From NCBI GenBank assembly GCA_052327205.1, contig CM126228.1, forward strand, positions 14,198,001 through 14,262,000: a DNA stretch of 64,000 nucleotides, given 5' to 3'. Both the position numbers and the translations under genes were made by a program. Within the stretch, counting starts at the first letter, position 1. Every line of letters begins with the position of its first letter. Shown here one piece after another: positions 63,807 to 64,000 of the stretch. This DNA comes from Somniosus microcephalus (Eukaryota). The notes under the pieces are model-generated. The model was not told the origin of the DNA. It searched no databases and worked only from the letters and a program-made list of their open reading frames with translations.

Positions 63807-64000
63807 TTTAAATTATAGACCTGGCAGGACAGTCAGCTCACTCAAGTAAGTGGAATTTTGTTTGTGTGTTTAAATAGGTTTGTATAGAGCGGTGTGAGCG
63901 CACAGTATAGATCAGTGCTGCTAGTTCAATACATTCTAAAGTGAGTACCTATTAAACTGTACTTTAGCCGGAGTGTCCAAGCTTTTTGTTTTGTGCACCA

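Overview
Eukaryotic, non-coding DNA from a cartilaginous fish (shark), judged from its repeat content: an HE1/V-SINE, SacSINE1/DeuSINE-like SINEs, HER1/CR1 and L2 LINEs, and Penelope elements. I found no intact host protein-coding gene, tRNA, rRNA or recognisable miRNA. Every recognisable ORF is a retroelement relic: CR1 RT, L2 RT, Tx1-clade RT or Penelope GIY-YIG endonuclease. Positions 1-22.3 kb and 36-42 kb are repeat-dense and CpG-poor. Positions ~22.3-36 kb and ~42.3-62 kb are unusually CpG-retaining and contain many unique, TF-motif-dense blocks, as expected for the regulatory domain of a developmental gene lying outside the window (inference; gene not identified). The most notable structure is a 203-bp Penelope-derived palindromic insertion at 27026-27228. 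It has a 12-bp TSD, an 80-bp hairpin and an intact minimal hammerhead ribozyme on one strand. Other highlights: a second hammerhead (C3U variant) in a Penelope 3' end, seven Harbinger-like MITEs with 3-bp TSDs, a CTCF-like site in a CpG micro-patch, a TCF/LEF site cluster and a G4-capable minisatellite. Repeat family names and boundaries come from visual recognition and are approximate unless a TSD or TIR is quoted.
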